The notes under the pieces are model-generated. The model did not search any database, was not told the DNA's origin, and saw only the letters and a program-made list of their open reading frames with translations. From the NCBI GenBank assembly GCA_964016885.1, contig OZ024743.1, positions 261,640,001-261,704,000 on the forward strand: 64,000 bases of DNA. Reading direction: 5' to 3'. The position numbers and the translations under genes were made by a program. The DNA comes from Eledone cirrhosa (lineage: Eukaryota). The first letter of the stretch is position 1. The number at the start of each line of letters is the position of its first letter. Positions 52,462-64,000 of this stretch are shown here, in pieces.

Positions 52462-52755
52462 ACCCACCCCACCCACCCACCCACTCACTCACTCACTCAC
52501 TCACTCACTCACTCACTCACTCACTCACTCACTCACTCACTCACTCACTCACTCACTCACTCACTCACTCACTCACTCACTCACTCACTCATAAATATAC
52601 ATGCACACACATATTCACAAATATACATGCACACACATATTCACAAATATACATGCATACACATATTCACAAATATACATGCATACACATATTCACAAAT
52701 ATACATGCATACACATATTCACAAATATACATGCATACACATATTCACAAATATA
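52310..52755. repeat. ATTCACAAATATACAT minisatellite with embedded (CA)n and (CTCA)n
   Basis: Direct reading; same unit as 55355-56125. Confidence 0.9.
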
Positions 52756-53155
52756 TATATATGTATGATGGCTGCAACTCGATTTTGAGTAATGCCATCG
52801 CTTGATATTTGAACATGAGCATCATGGACGTGGTTTTTTAGTCCTGCTAGGGACATGCCTATGGCCAGCAATACCATGCATTACAAAAAATGTCACATAT
52901 CAATCGACGCCTGTGCTTGAAGCTTTGTTTAAGTGAGGAAAGGTTTGCCCAAGGCCAATCCCACTCTCTGAACATTGAATGCATTTGCCCAAAGAGAAGA
53001 ACTGGTCTACATCATTGGATGCAAACGAAGTCGCAGGTTTTATATCAGAGCGACCTTCTTGTCTTAAAGAAGACTAGGGTCTCTTGCTAAAAAAAAAAAC
53101 AAAAAAAAAAACAAACTTTGTTGAATGGCTGTTGACTCTCCTGAGTTCCTCCGCA

Positions 53156-55354
53156 CATCATCATCATCATCATCAGGTTTAGCGTCCGTGTTCCACGCTT
53201 GCATGGGTTTGGACGGGGGTTTTCCCACTTGAGGCAAGAGTGGTTGTCTTGCTCGCATAGGACTGTCTGGCGGGTTTTCTACAGCTGGATGCCCTTCCTA
53301 ACACCAACCACATTTACAGTGTGGGGCTGGGAGGTTTTTACCGTGTTGCCTACACGGCCACATTACAGCGTGGACTGTCTGGCGGGTTTTCTACAGCTGG
53401 ATGCCCTTCCTAACACCAACCACATTTACAGTGTGGGGCTGGGAGGTTTTTACCGTGTTGCCTACACGGCCACATTTACAGCGTGGACTGTGTGTTTTTT
53501 TTGTCGTGACACCTACACGATCTCATTTGTTTCAGCCTGGATGTTGTGGGACCAACATAACTGTACATTGAAAGGGGCGGTGTGGATGGGGTGGAGGTGG
53601 TGGGACGGGGGGGGGTGTTTTGATAGAGATGCCTACTGACTGTAGTAGGTTTTTACTTTGTATTTAGGTAAGGCGGGTCTTCTCTATTACTGAGTACCGC
53701 CAAAGGTCTCGGTCCAGTGACATTGTCTTGGAGAGGTGTAAGCGTGTGAGGTCGGAATTTATCAGCTCGTCCCATGTTTTTCTGGGTCTGCCTACTCCGT
53801 GGCTACCGTCTATCTTTATTGCCCTGCACTTTGTTATACAGCTGTCGTCTTTCATGCGCATCACGTGACCGTACCAACGTAGCCTTCTCTCGACTAAACA
53901 ACATCTGATCCCTCTTATTTCTAATTTTTTCCTTAGTTCGTTTATGCTTTGCCGTTCACGTATATTACTATTGCACATCCAGCGGAGCATGCAAGCTTCG
54001 TTCCTCTCTAGTCTGCGTATATCCTCTGCACACAATGCCCAGGTCTCACTGCCATGCAGCATTGCTGTTCGTATGCAGGCATCGTATAACCTGCCTTTCA
54101 TTTTTAGGGAGAACCCTCTAGCGGCTAATAGTGGTATAAGCTCTCTGAACTTTTTCCATCCAGTTCTGACTCTAGCTACTGTACTTTCAGAGCACCCTCC
54201 CCCACTGCTGATTTTGTCACCCAGGTAACGGAAGCTGTCCACTATTTCTATAGAACCCTCTGCGCAGTTGAAGGAGCTAGTATTTTGTGGGCACTTGCTG
54301 CTGCTTATTGCACCAGAGCACCGGCCACATGTAAAATCTATGTTCTTAGTTAGCTTACCTGTGATCCCACTACATCTTTTATGCACCCATACTTTGCATT
54401 TGGGACATAAAATGGAGTTTCTACCTACGCCTTTCCTACACACTGAGCATGGCCATTTCCCAGATGGGACTGCCGCCATATTTTCTTTCCTACAAACTAG
54501 AACTTTTGTCTTAGCCAGGTTAATTTTAAGGCCTTTTGATTCTAGGCCGTGCTTCTATGTTTGGAATTTCTTCTCTAGTTTGGTCATTGATTCAGCTATG
54601 AGCGTTAGATCATCTGCGTATAGGAGTTCCCATGGGCAGCCGGTCTTGAACTCCTCTGTTATAGCCTGAAGGGCAATAATAAATAGTAGGGGGCTAAGAA
54701 CAGAGCCCTGATGGACACCAACTTTTACGCTAAACTCTTCACTATATTCGTTGTTAATTCTAACCTTACTGACTGTTTCTTTATACATGGCTTGTATAGC
54801 TCTCACAAGCCATTCGTCAACACCTAGTTTTCTAAGAGACCACCAGATAATGGAACGGGGGACTCTGTCAAAGGCTTTCTCCAAGTCGACGAAAGCTAAG
54901 TATAAGGGTTTACTTTTAGCTAGGTACTTCTCCTGTAGTTGTCGTACAATGAAAAGAGCGTCTGTGGTACTTTTGCCTGACACAAACCCGAACTGCATTT
55001 CATCTAGATCAATTCTCTCTCTGATTAGTTGCGCTATTACTTTTTCCGTGACCTTCATGACCTGGTCGATTAATTTAATGCCTCTATAGTTACTCCTATC
55101 TAGGGCATCTCCTTTTCCCTTATAGCAGTTAACGATGATGCTGCTACGCCAGTCCTTTGGAACAACCCCATTCTGTACGACTTGGTTAACTATCCGGGTG
55201 ACCATGGTATGTCCCACCGAACCAGATGCCTTCAGCATCTCAGCAACTATTTCCGAAGGACCAGCCGCCTTACCCGTCTTCATATCTTTGATTGCCTTGC
55301 TTATTGTACTACCCTGGACTAACACTGCTGGTCCCTCTATTGGGTCGATGTGGG
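53156..55354 (-). mobile_element. 5'-truncated RTE LINE, subfamily A (one premature stop at 54555; 112-bp duplication in 3' UTR)
   Basis: ORFs 54555-55394 and 53664-54479 with RT motifs; (CAT)n tail. Confidence 0.93.
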
Positions 55355-56125
55355 ATATACACACACATTCACAAATATACATATACACACACATTCACAA
55401 ATATACATATACACACACATTCACAAATATACATATACACACACATTCACAAATATACATATACACACACATTCACAAATATACATATACACACACATTC
55501 ACAAATATACATACACACGCACATTCACAAATATACATATACGCACACATTCACAAATATACATACACACACACATTCACAAATGTACATACACACACAC
55601 ATTCACAAATGTACATACACATTCACAAATGTACATACACACGGACATTCACAAATATACATACACGCACACATTCACAAATATACATACACGCACACAT
55701 TCACAAATGTACATACACGCACACATTCACAAATGTACATACACACACATTCACAAATGTACATACACACATTCACAAATATACATATACACACACATTC
55801 ACAAATATACATACACACGCACATTCACAAATATACATACACACACATTCACAAATATACATATACACACACATTCACAAATATACATACACGCACACAT
55901 TCACAAATATACATACACGCACACATTCACAAATGTACATACACGCACACATTCACAAATGTACATGCACACACATTCACAAATGTACATACACACACAC
56001 ATTCACAAATGTACATACACACACACATTCACAAATGTACATACACACACACATTCACAAATGTACATACACACACACATTCACAAATGTACATACACAC
56101 ACACATTCACAAATGTACATATATA
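55355..56125. repeat. ~22-26-bp minisatellite (ACACACATTCACAAAT[A/G]TACAT..)n
   Basis: Direct reading. Confidence 0.93.
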
Positions 56126-57069
56126 TATGAGATACATACATAGTGATGTATACAAATTCAGACAAATGTGTGTATATGTATACACACACACACACTCTCT
56201 GACATATTTCCATATTCCAAAACACATAGAGAAATATATATGCATATACATACACACATACATTTACAAAGATATATATATATATACAAACACACACATA
56301 CAGACATATATACATATACAAACATGCACACATACATAACAACCCCTCCTGCTGTCTGTCTAGGTGTGTTAATCTTACCACAACCTATCTCTATATTTAC
56401 CTGTTTAATTAGTTTGTAATTAATCTTGTATTTACATGATTATATCAACTTTACATTGGCTCTGTGTGTGTATGTGTCTGTCTGTTTATGAGTACATATG
56501 TATGTTTTGTTCATCAGTTTCACATCTGTTTTTCCACCATATTGGCATGAGTTGAATGAAACTTTCTGAGGCAGACTTCTTATCAGATGCTCTTCCTGAC
56601 ATCTTTAAATCTTAACATCCTGCACCACATGAAACCACATTAGCAAGTCACACTTAAAAAGTAGAAAACAATGGTATGACTACATCACATTAAAGTATTT
56701 ACACAACTACAGCAAATTTCCATAATTGATCTCTCCACAAATAAGGATACTTTAAACATTTAAATGAATAAACTTTTTTAAACGTTTCTAAAAATATTTT
56801 CTGCTAAATTGTTATGAATTAAGTAGAGTGGAACGAAACTGTGTTGGTTTCAATGATGAGTGTTCCAATTAGATAGAGCCATAAAAACAAAAAAGACACA
56901 AGCCTGGCGAGACTAGAGGAAAGAGGGAGACAGAGAGAAATACCAAATATCTAGAAGAGAGATCAGGCGCCAGGTATACTTAGCATGGTATACCTGGCAA
57001 GGGCTGAGGCAGAAAAGCAGTTTGCTCATGTTCTGCATTACAGTGATTAGAGGCATGAAGTGTGTGTGT

Positions 57070-57210
57070 CTATGTATATCATGACTCGTACACTGTTCAC
57101 TTTCCTGACATTATTTGTACATTATTCTATGCACTATACATGCACCTTTGATGAGTTGTAGTGCACCTGAGCACTGTACTCAATAATTTTCATTATATTA
57201 TTCATTATAT
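57070..57210 (+). mobile_element. CR1-like 3' UTR fragment
   Basis: Matches 43250-43378 (TATATCATGACTCGT..GCACCTGAGCACTGTAC..TTTCATT). Confidence 0.75.
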
Positions 57211-57219
57211 ATCATGGAT

Positions 57220-57780
57220 ATAGTGGACAGGATTATTGCTTTCAGCTGTGGTCGCCCCACATTGTCAAACTAACCACAGAATGTGAAGCAATCCAACAAA
57301 ACTACACCAAGAGGCTTGCCTCAGTGAAGGAGATGAGCTGCTGGGAAAAGCTGAAAGAACTAAAGCTCTACTCCCTGGAGCGAAGATGGGAAAGAAACGC
57401 AGTGATATATGTATGGAAGGTCCTGGAAGAGCTAGCACCAAACTTTGGCATTGAGAGCTGAACCAATCCATGAACAGGACCCCACTATGTAGTGCCAAAG
57501 GGCCCATCCTTCACATCAAGAATAAAGACCAGATACTACAATAGCCTGGAGTTTAAAGGCATCCAACTCTTTAATAAGTAGGCAAAAGATCTAAGAGATC
57601 TACATTCTGCTAACCAAGATCCCAGATGATCCTACAGCAAGAGATGAAATATAAATAAGGACAGCAGCAACAAACTCTCTCAATGGTTAACCAAAGAAGT
57701 GTGGCTATAGAATGTGTTGCATCAATGGCAGTGCCCCAGCATGGCCTCAGCCAGTTGACTGGAACAGGTAAAAAAAAAGG
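57220..57780 (+). pseudogene. Old LINE (CR1/L2-group) C-terminal remnant
   Basis: WEKLKELKLYSLERRWER..IYVWKVLE translation; related fragment at ~44560-44780. Confidence 0.55.
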
Positions 57781-57911
57781 AGTATATATATATATATATA
57801 TTTGCACACACAAATACAGACACATATATATGTAATTGGTGGTATCATATATGTTTATATATGTCTTCATATACACTTCTGTGTGTGTATATGTATATAT
57901 ATTTATATATA

Positions 57912-58785
57912 CAGGGTGCGGACGATATTTGTTTGCAAGATTACTGTCTAGGAAAAAATAACACAGTAGTTTTTTATTTTTTAAGATATATTTATCAAAC
58001 TTGGGTCAGTTTGTCTTCATGACTTGTTCTTTCGATCTCACTCGATAAACCCGCCATTGGCTTTGATGATCGCCTCAAGGCGTCCTTGGCACCGGCTACA
58101 GGCCTTCGTCACTGTCCCCCGACTTAGGCACTCGTGATCCTGGCCTTCAGATCGTCTTTCGTATTGCAGCTAGATCTGTTGATGTCTCGTTCCACTGCGC
58201 GCCACACAAAGAAGTCGAAGGGGTTGCAGTCAGGCGAGCTGGGAGGCCAGATGTCAGGTAAAGTGTGGTCGATGAAGTTCTGACAGCCAGGCTTCGGTCT
58301 TTCGGCTGGTATGGCAGGGCGCTGAGTCTTGCTGTCACACGTACAGCCTACCTGCAGCTACCTGGTTGATCCAGGGCTTTACTACCTCGCTCAGAACGTG
58401 GATGTAACCATCGGTGTTCAGCTTGAGGCCCTCAGGGAAGAAGTGAGGTGGCATGACGTCACCCTGACTGCTGACGACACCTAAGACCAATGTTGTCGCT
58501 GGAAACTTTGTCTGCATGACCCTGGGCACGTCTTTGGATGAGACACCATTCTCCTGCTGACACTGAGAAAGTCTGAAATTTCCTTATTTGTCCTCCCGGT
58601 GTGGATTCCAAGAAGAACTCCGTGTGTGTCTCTTCCACAAATTTGGAGGTTCAAAATTATTCATATTCTGAAAATAAATAATGAAAATATAGTCGTTTTT
58701 ATGAAGATAAGAGTGACAACGGAAGTAAAAAAATTTGCATAAAGTTAGCAGTTGAAAATTGCGGACAAATATTGTCCTCACCCTG
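57912..58785 (-). mobile_element. Internally deleted DD37D (maT-type) transposon with both TIRs
   Basis: TA-CAGGGTGCGGACGATATTTG ... CAAATATTGTCCTCACCCTG-TA; close match to 29561-30815; deletion junction ~58545. Confidence 0.9.
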
Positions 58786-58789
58786 TATA

Positions 58790-59070
58790 TGATCGCACCG
58801 GATGGGATCAAACCGGTCTGGACTAGATTGGATCATATCAAACCGGATCAGATTGCGATTAGGCTGGATTGGATTGCTCTAAACCAGATCAGATCAGACT
58901 GGATCAGATTTGATGCATCGGATCAGCTTGGACTGGAACAAAATGGTTCGGATTGAATCAAAATGGGTCAGGTCAGATCAGACACCATATTGAGCTGGTC
59001 AGATTGGATTGGATAGATAAATATGTCCATTCTGATGCAATCCAATTTGATCTGATCCAGCCCAGTCTGA
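58790..59070. repeat. Degenerate pentamer repeat (GATCA/GATTG)n with an inverted distal part
   Basis: Direct reading. Confidence 0.7.
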
Positions 59071-59476
59071 TAGAGAGATGAAGAGAGTTAATGAAAGAGA
59101 GAGAATAAGGAAGAGAGTGAGAGGGAGAATGAAATTAAGTCAAAAATGTATTTCCTTTCTATGATGTGGTAGATTTCATTTGTGTCCTACACCATCTTGT
59201 TTTTGTGTGTTGTCAACAATACAAAAAGATGTAGGATAGAAAAAAAGAGACACAAAATAACAAATCAGTCACTGAGGAGGTCACAGAATGTGTGACGAAA
59301 GAGCTTTGACAATAAACAACCATCCGATTATTGAACCAAACAACAATAAATTTGTAATAAATTGAAGTAAAAGATGAGTATTAATGTACATGGGTGTTGA
59401 ACCCACATCTTTGGTTATTCAACTCATCTTTTTCCATGCAGCAAAAGCTTCTATTTTTAACTATATATATATATAT

Positions 59477-59680
59477 ATATTTATTAAAATAACAGATTAA
59501 AGTTTAAGCAAAGAATCGCTGCTTTCACCCTTAATCCCGTTAAGGGTGAAAGCAGCGATTCTTTGCTTAAACTTTAATCTGTTATTTTAATAAATATTTG
59601 CTCGACGGTTCTTATATATTTGATATATATTTATCCTTATCGAGCCCTCTTTGGATTTTAGTCTTCAAATTTATTATTAT

Positions 59681-59683
<3 letters not shown>
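59477..59683. mobile_element. Snap-back hairpin element in (TA)n: perfect 58-bp arms plus tail
   Basis: Arms 59477-59534 / 59540-59597, loop TCCCG, tail to ~59683. Confidence 0.85.
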
Positions 59684-59715
<32 letters not shown>

Positions 59716-60766
59716 AAAAGTGTTCCATGTGGCGAAAATCATACAAAATGAATGAAAAAAAAGTGGGTGAAGACAATGAAAAAATGGATGAAACACAGAT
59801 CAGTCCTTCCTCATTGAAGGTCCTTGTGCTTTTGGTGCTTTAAGGATGATACCACTAGCTCCAGTGCACATGGAATAGTAACAAAGGGACACAAGATAGG
59901 ACGATTGGTCTTTCGACTATTTACAAATAAATAAATTTACTACAAGCCAATGTACTATGAGTGGGAAGAAGAGATAGAAACAAAGCCCAACATAATAGCC
60001 TAGAAGAGATAGTATACACAGAAGGTGAAATAAGAGAGAGAAGAGAGAACCAAGAACACAGAAGATGCGACTTATACACAAGTATATGTGGGTGTTGAAA
60101 TTGCAATATGGTGAAGTTTACACCACATGATCATACTGTAGAGTGATTAGTTGTGGAGGATGGTGAAGATGATGATGGCGGTGGCGGCAGCAGTGGTGGT
60201 GATGATGATTCTTGTTAAATAATCACTTTGCTATGTTCACTCTGTGTGTGTGTGTTACACTAAACCTCTTTCCTCACAGATGTGCTATATTTACCAGCTC
60301 AGTCACATAGTAGTAATGCTTACTATATATAGAGCTCTCTTTCTTACTCTCTCTCCCTCTCTCTCTTTCACTCTCTACCTTTTTCTTATAGTCACCACTT
60401 CATCAAAGCAATATGTGTACACACACACAAACACATATATATATATGTATGTATATATATATATGAGATATAAAGCTTATTGTATATATGGATATATGTG
60501 CATTGAAAATGTATGTATATCTTCTATATGGATTGTGTGTGTTTGTATATGTGTGTGTAATGGATTATACTAATTCAGGAAGTCTGAAAAGAGGAGTGGT
60601 GTTTTTTCATTCATTCTAACACTTGTGGGAGCTCTTCTTTGGCTTAGCTTCATTACAGCATGTTGTTTATGTGTGTATATATACATGCACATACACACAC
60701 TTACACATGCAGGCATATATATATATATATATATATGGGAATGTATGTGTGTATATATTTGTATTT

Positions 60767-60802
<36 letters not shown>

Positions 60803-63684
60803 ATATAATGTGTGTATGTGTAATATCCATATAAGTCAATCTATCATCTATGCCAATATTCCCGCCTTGTTTCTAAAGGAGGGAAAACAAAAAAAACAAC
60901 AACAAAAAGATAGACAACAGGTTGTTTTTGCTGTAGTAGTTCTGTGTTCTGTGAAATCTGTTTGTAAATACACGTCTTGTTTGAAATATTAACATTCTAT
61001 AAATAATGTTGTTAGCATTGGTGTTTAGCATAGGCCAGTCCTGATCCAATGGTGTTCCAATCTCGAATATCTAGAACAATGTTATCCAAAGGAAGTTTTG
61101 AAAACACCAGGGTACTTCGAAATAATTCTGGTGTTTTGCCAAATAAGTTTCTTTTAATAAAATTTAAAAACAAATTATTTGAAAACATTGAAATCCAAAC
61201 ACTTTGTCCCTACAATGATAAGTGTTAGAAAATCAGGTAAAATACTCTTAGGGATACAAAATAAGTGGCCAGCAGCCACAACAGAAAAGATTATTATTTT
61301 TTATGTTTGAATAAAATCTGTTTCTAAAACAGTTTTTGTGTTATTTAATGTCATAAATTCAGGTGGTAGGGGATTGTTTATCAAATAAATGCATGGGTTC
61401 TGCAATTTTTGGAATATATAATGGTTTTGTGACAAAAATGTTTTGAAACTACTGATCAAAGAGTACATTATCTAATGTGTCCTGTATTTTAATAAGGTAG
61501 GTTATATTTTGAGGAATGTTTAACTACAGTATTAATCAAGTTCAATGACCAAGTAGACTCTTTCACATTAACTCAAACATCAGTGTTGTCAGCCATTTAT
61601 CCAATAAAAACATTCCCACTATGATCAACATTTATTTATTTATTTATTTTAAACGTTCGTATAGAGCTAGTAAACCATAACAGACTCAGGGAAGTATCAA
61701 GTACTCCTTACAGCTGGTAATTAAAAGAAGCTAGTGAGACAAGTAATAGAAAAAAAAAATTAAAAGAAGTGGGGGGAAACATGTATTTCAGACTGTTATT
61801 TAATGTGTTCTCTCTATCTCATATGGCTTCCTTGGTAACATTGTATCAACATTGTTATTTAGCCACAGGATAGCAATAACTGCACAGAATTATCAAATGC
61901 ATTCCAACCATGACCATTTCATCTTTCTAGCAATATTTTGTTTGTTTTATTGCTGCTGCTGCTAGATCTTTGTGGATCAGATTAAGATGAAGTAATGAAA
62001 ATATTTTTGTTTATTTCTAAAGGAGAGTGCTATAGGAGAGTGGCATCTTCTTGATTTAACCCCAGTTTGTATAACACTGGTGTTTATTTTAGTGACACTC
62101 CTGAGATTTGAATTCAGAACATATATATGTATATTCTGAATTTAAATTTCAGCAGGTTCTTTAGTTCATTGTTTTACTTATTGCAGCAGTCCTTCAGCTT
62201 TTCTAAGCCCTGTAAAAAGACCTCGGAGGGTTGGCCTCCAACCAGGCCTCTGTAGCAGCAATCAAACTAGGAACTTTTTAGCATCCCCTTGTATTGTGCT
62301 TTATGGTGATATTTACATTTTCTTACATGTTCTATTATTACATGCTTCACGGCATAATTATGTCCCTTTACATTCTGAGTTCAAATCCTGCTGAAGTTAG
62401 CTTTGCCTTTCATCCTTATGGTGTCAATAAAATAAAGTACCAGTAATGCACTTGGGTTGATTTGACTTTTCTTTCCCCAAAATTGCTGGCCTTGTGCCTA
62501 AATCAGAAACCATTATTATTATTACCAGTGAGGTAGTAGGATTGGTGTGGTGATTAACCTTTCTGATACCAAACAGCCTTGAATTGTATCCGATTCTACA
62601 GTACAAAACAATTTATTTTAAAGTGTTTATATTTATCTAAACACCTTCCCTCATAATTTTATAAGAACCTTTGTTACAAAGTCAACTTGATATGAAAGTT
62701 AGTTCTATTATTAAATTCTTCAAAATATTCAATTATTTTCAAAATGATTTGAAAACTATAGGCCAGTGTCTTTCATTAGAAATATGGTAATGAGAGGATT
62801 AAATGTGTAGTATTATTTCCAGTGGGCAGAGTCATTAGTGTTGGATGAATGCTTTGCAGTATTTGTTAAGACTCTACATTCCGAGTTCAAATCCCAATGA
62901 AATCAGGTGGTAACATATATGAGCCTGCAATAAATCAGTTACACCCTGAAAATGGAGAAAGTTTGATGTTTTTACATTATTATTTACAAGTTTTTAAATT
63001 TGGTTATTAAATTATATTTTCTTTTTGAATAAGTTACAATAACAGGAATCACTATTACTGGAAAATCTTTGAATGTCTTGAAATAAACATGCAATTGGAA
63101 TCTTTTAAATTTTTTTTCCTTTTTAAGATCAGTTCAACACATATCTTCTCAGATGGGTAGGATGGTCTCTCTTCTCTCTTGTCACCCTTTAACCTACTGG
63201 CAGTTATGTTCACAAGTAATTTCCAGTTGTAGAGATCAGTATGTTTGAGCACAAAGAACAGAATTATTTTATTACACTAGTGAACTTAGTGTGTGCCTTT
63301 GGCAATGGTTTTCTTGTTCCAGCACACATGCCTATCAATAATAATAAAAAAACAAAACAATGACCAATTATCAAAACCAATTGACAAAAGAAAAGCTGAT
63401 ATTGATTATCTGCTGATTAATCAGTGAAACCCCAATATGTAGTCAGGTTCCTTTGCAGTTTGGGTTCAAATCCTGCTGGGGTCAATTTTACTTTTCATCC
63501 TTCCAGGGACAATGATAAAATAAGTATCAGCCAAATACTGTGGTGATCGATTTAATCTATTTCTTCTTTAAAGAATTTAAAATCTTGTTCCTTTGTAGAA
63601 TTCTGTTATCCTCAGTAAGTGGCATATGTGAATGCTATTAGGAGAAAAAGAGAGCCTAAACAAGTTGGATTGATGTTGATTGTG

Positions 63685-64000
63685 ATTGCCAAACTGATGG
63701 AATCCTGTGTCAGAGAAACACTTTGAAACTTCTGGAGCTCTCACAGCCTCATCCGGCCCTCGCAATTTGGATTTATCCCTAACTCCAGCTGCTGCGATCA
63801 GCTTATCGAGTTCCTTGAAGACATTACCTGGATCCCTGACAGCGGCTCATGGGTGGATGTTGTTTACCTTGCCTTCGCTAAGGCTTTTAATTCTGTGCTA
63901 CACAAAAGACATATGGCGAAACTCTCTGCAATGGGTGTGAGGGATGATCTTTTCGACTGGTTGAAATCCTTCATTTTCAGCCGAAAGAGGTAGTCATGGT
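63685..64000 (+). mobile_element. CR1-like LINE fragment, runs off window end
   Basis: Closely matches 41993-42305. Confidence 0.85.

Noticed and set aside
55135-56339. His/Thr-rich ORFs
   Set aside because: Translation of a minisatellite plus antisense RTE
61077-61454. Possible old hAT MITE
   Set aside because: TIRs and TSD too degenerate to support
63055-63252. 65-aa minus ORF
   Set aside because: No recognisable motif; probably a chance ORF or decayed repeat

Overview
Eukaryotic, AT-rich and almost entirely repetitive DNA. The repeat content (huge compound TA/TG microsatellites, RTE LINEs with (GAT)n tails, tRNA-derived CORE-like and Meta-like SINEs) suggests an octopus/cephalopod intronic or intergenic region; this taxonomy is inference. 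I can support no host protein-coding exon. Contents: at least 8 5'-truncated RTE-clade LINE copies in two subfamilies, three distinct Penelope-like element (PLE) lineages, CR1-like LINE fragments, DD37D (maT) and older Tc1/mariner remnants, hAT/piggyBac/Tc2-like MITEs, many SINEs and one intact-looking tRNA-like gene. The most interesting signal is non-coding. Hammerhead ribozyme (HHR) motifs sit at the 3' ends of the PLEs. There is also a set of small non-coding 'snap-back' hairpin insertions in (TA)n with the layout arm-spacer-inverted arm-tail. Two of them carry HHR cores on both strands with covarying stem II. Their breakpoints recur at fixed positions, and one PLE inversion ends exactly at the predicted ribozyme cleavage site. 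Long YI/CV/HT-rich ORFs in the track are microsatellite artefacts.
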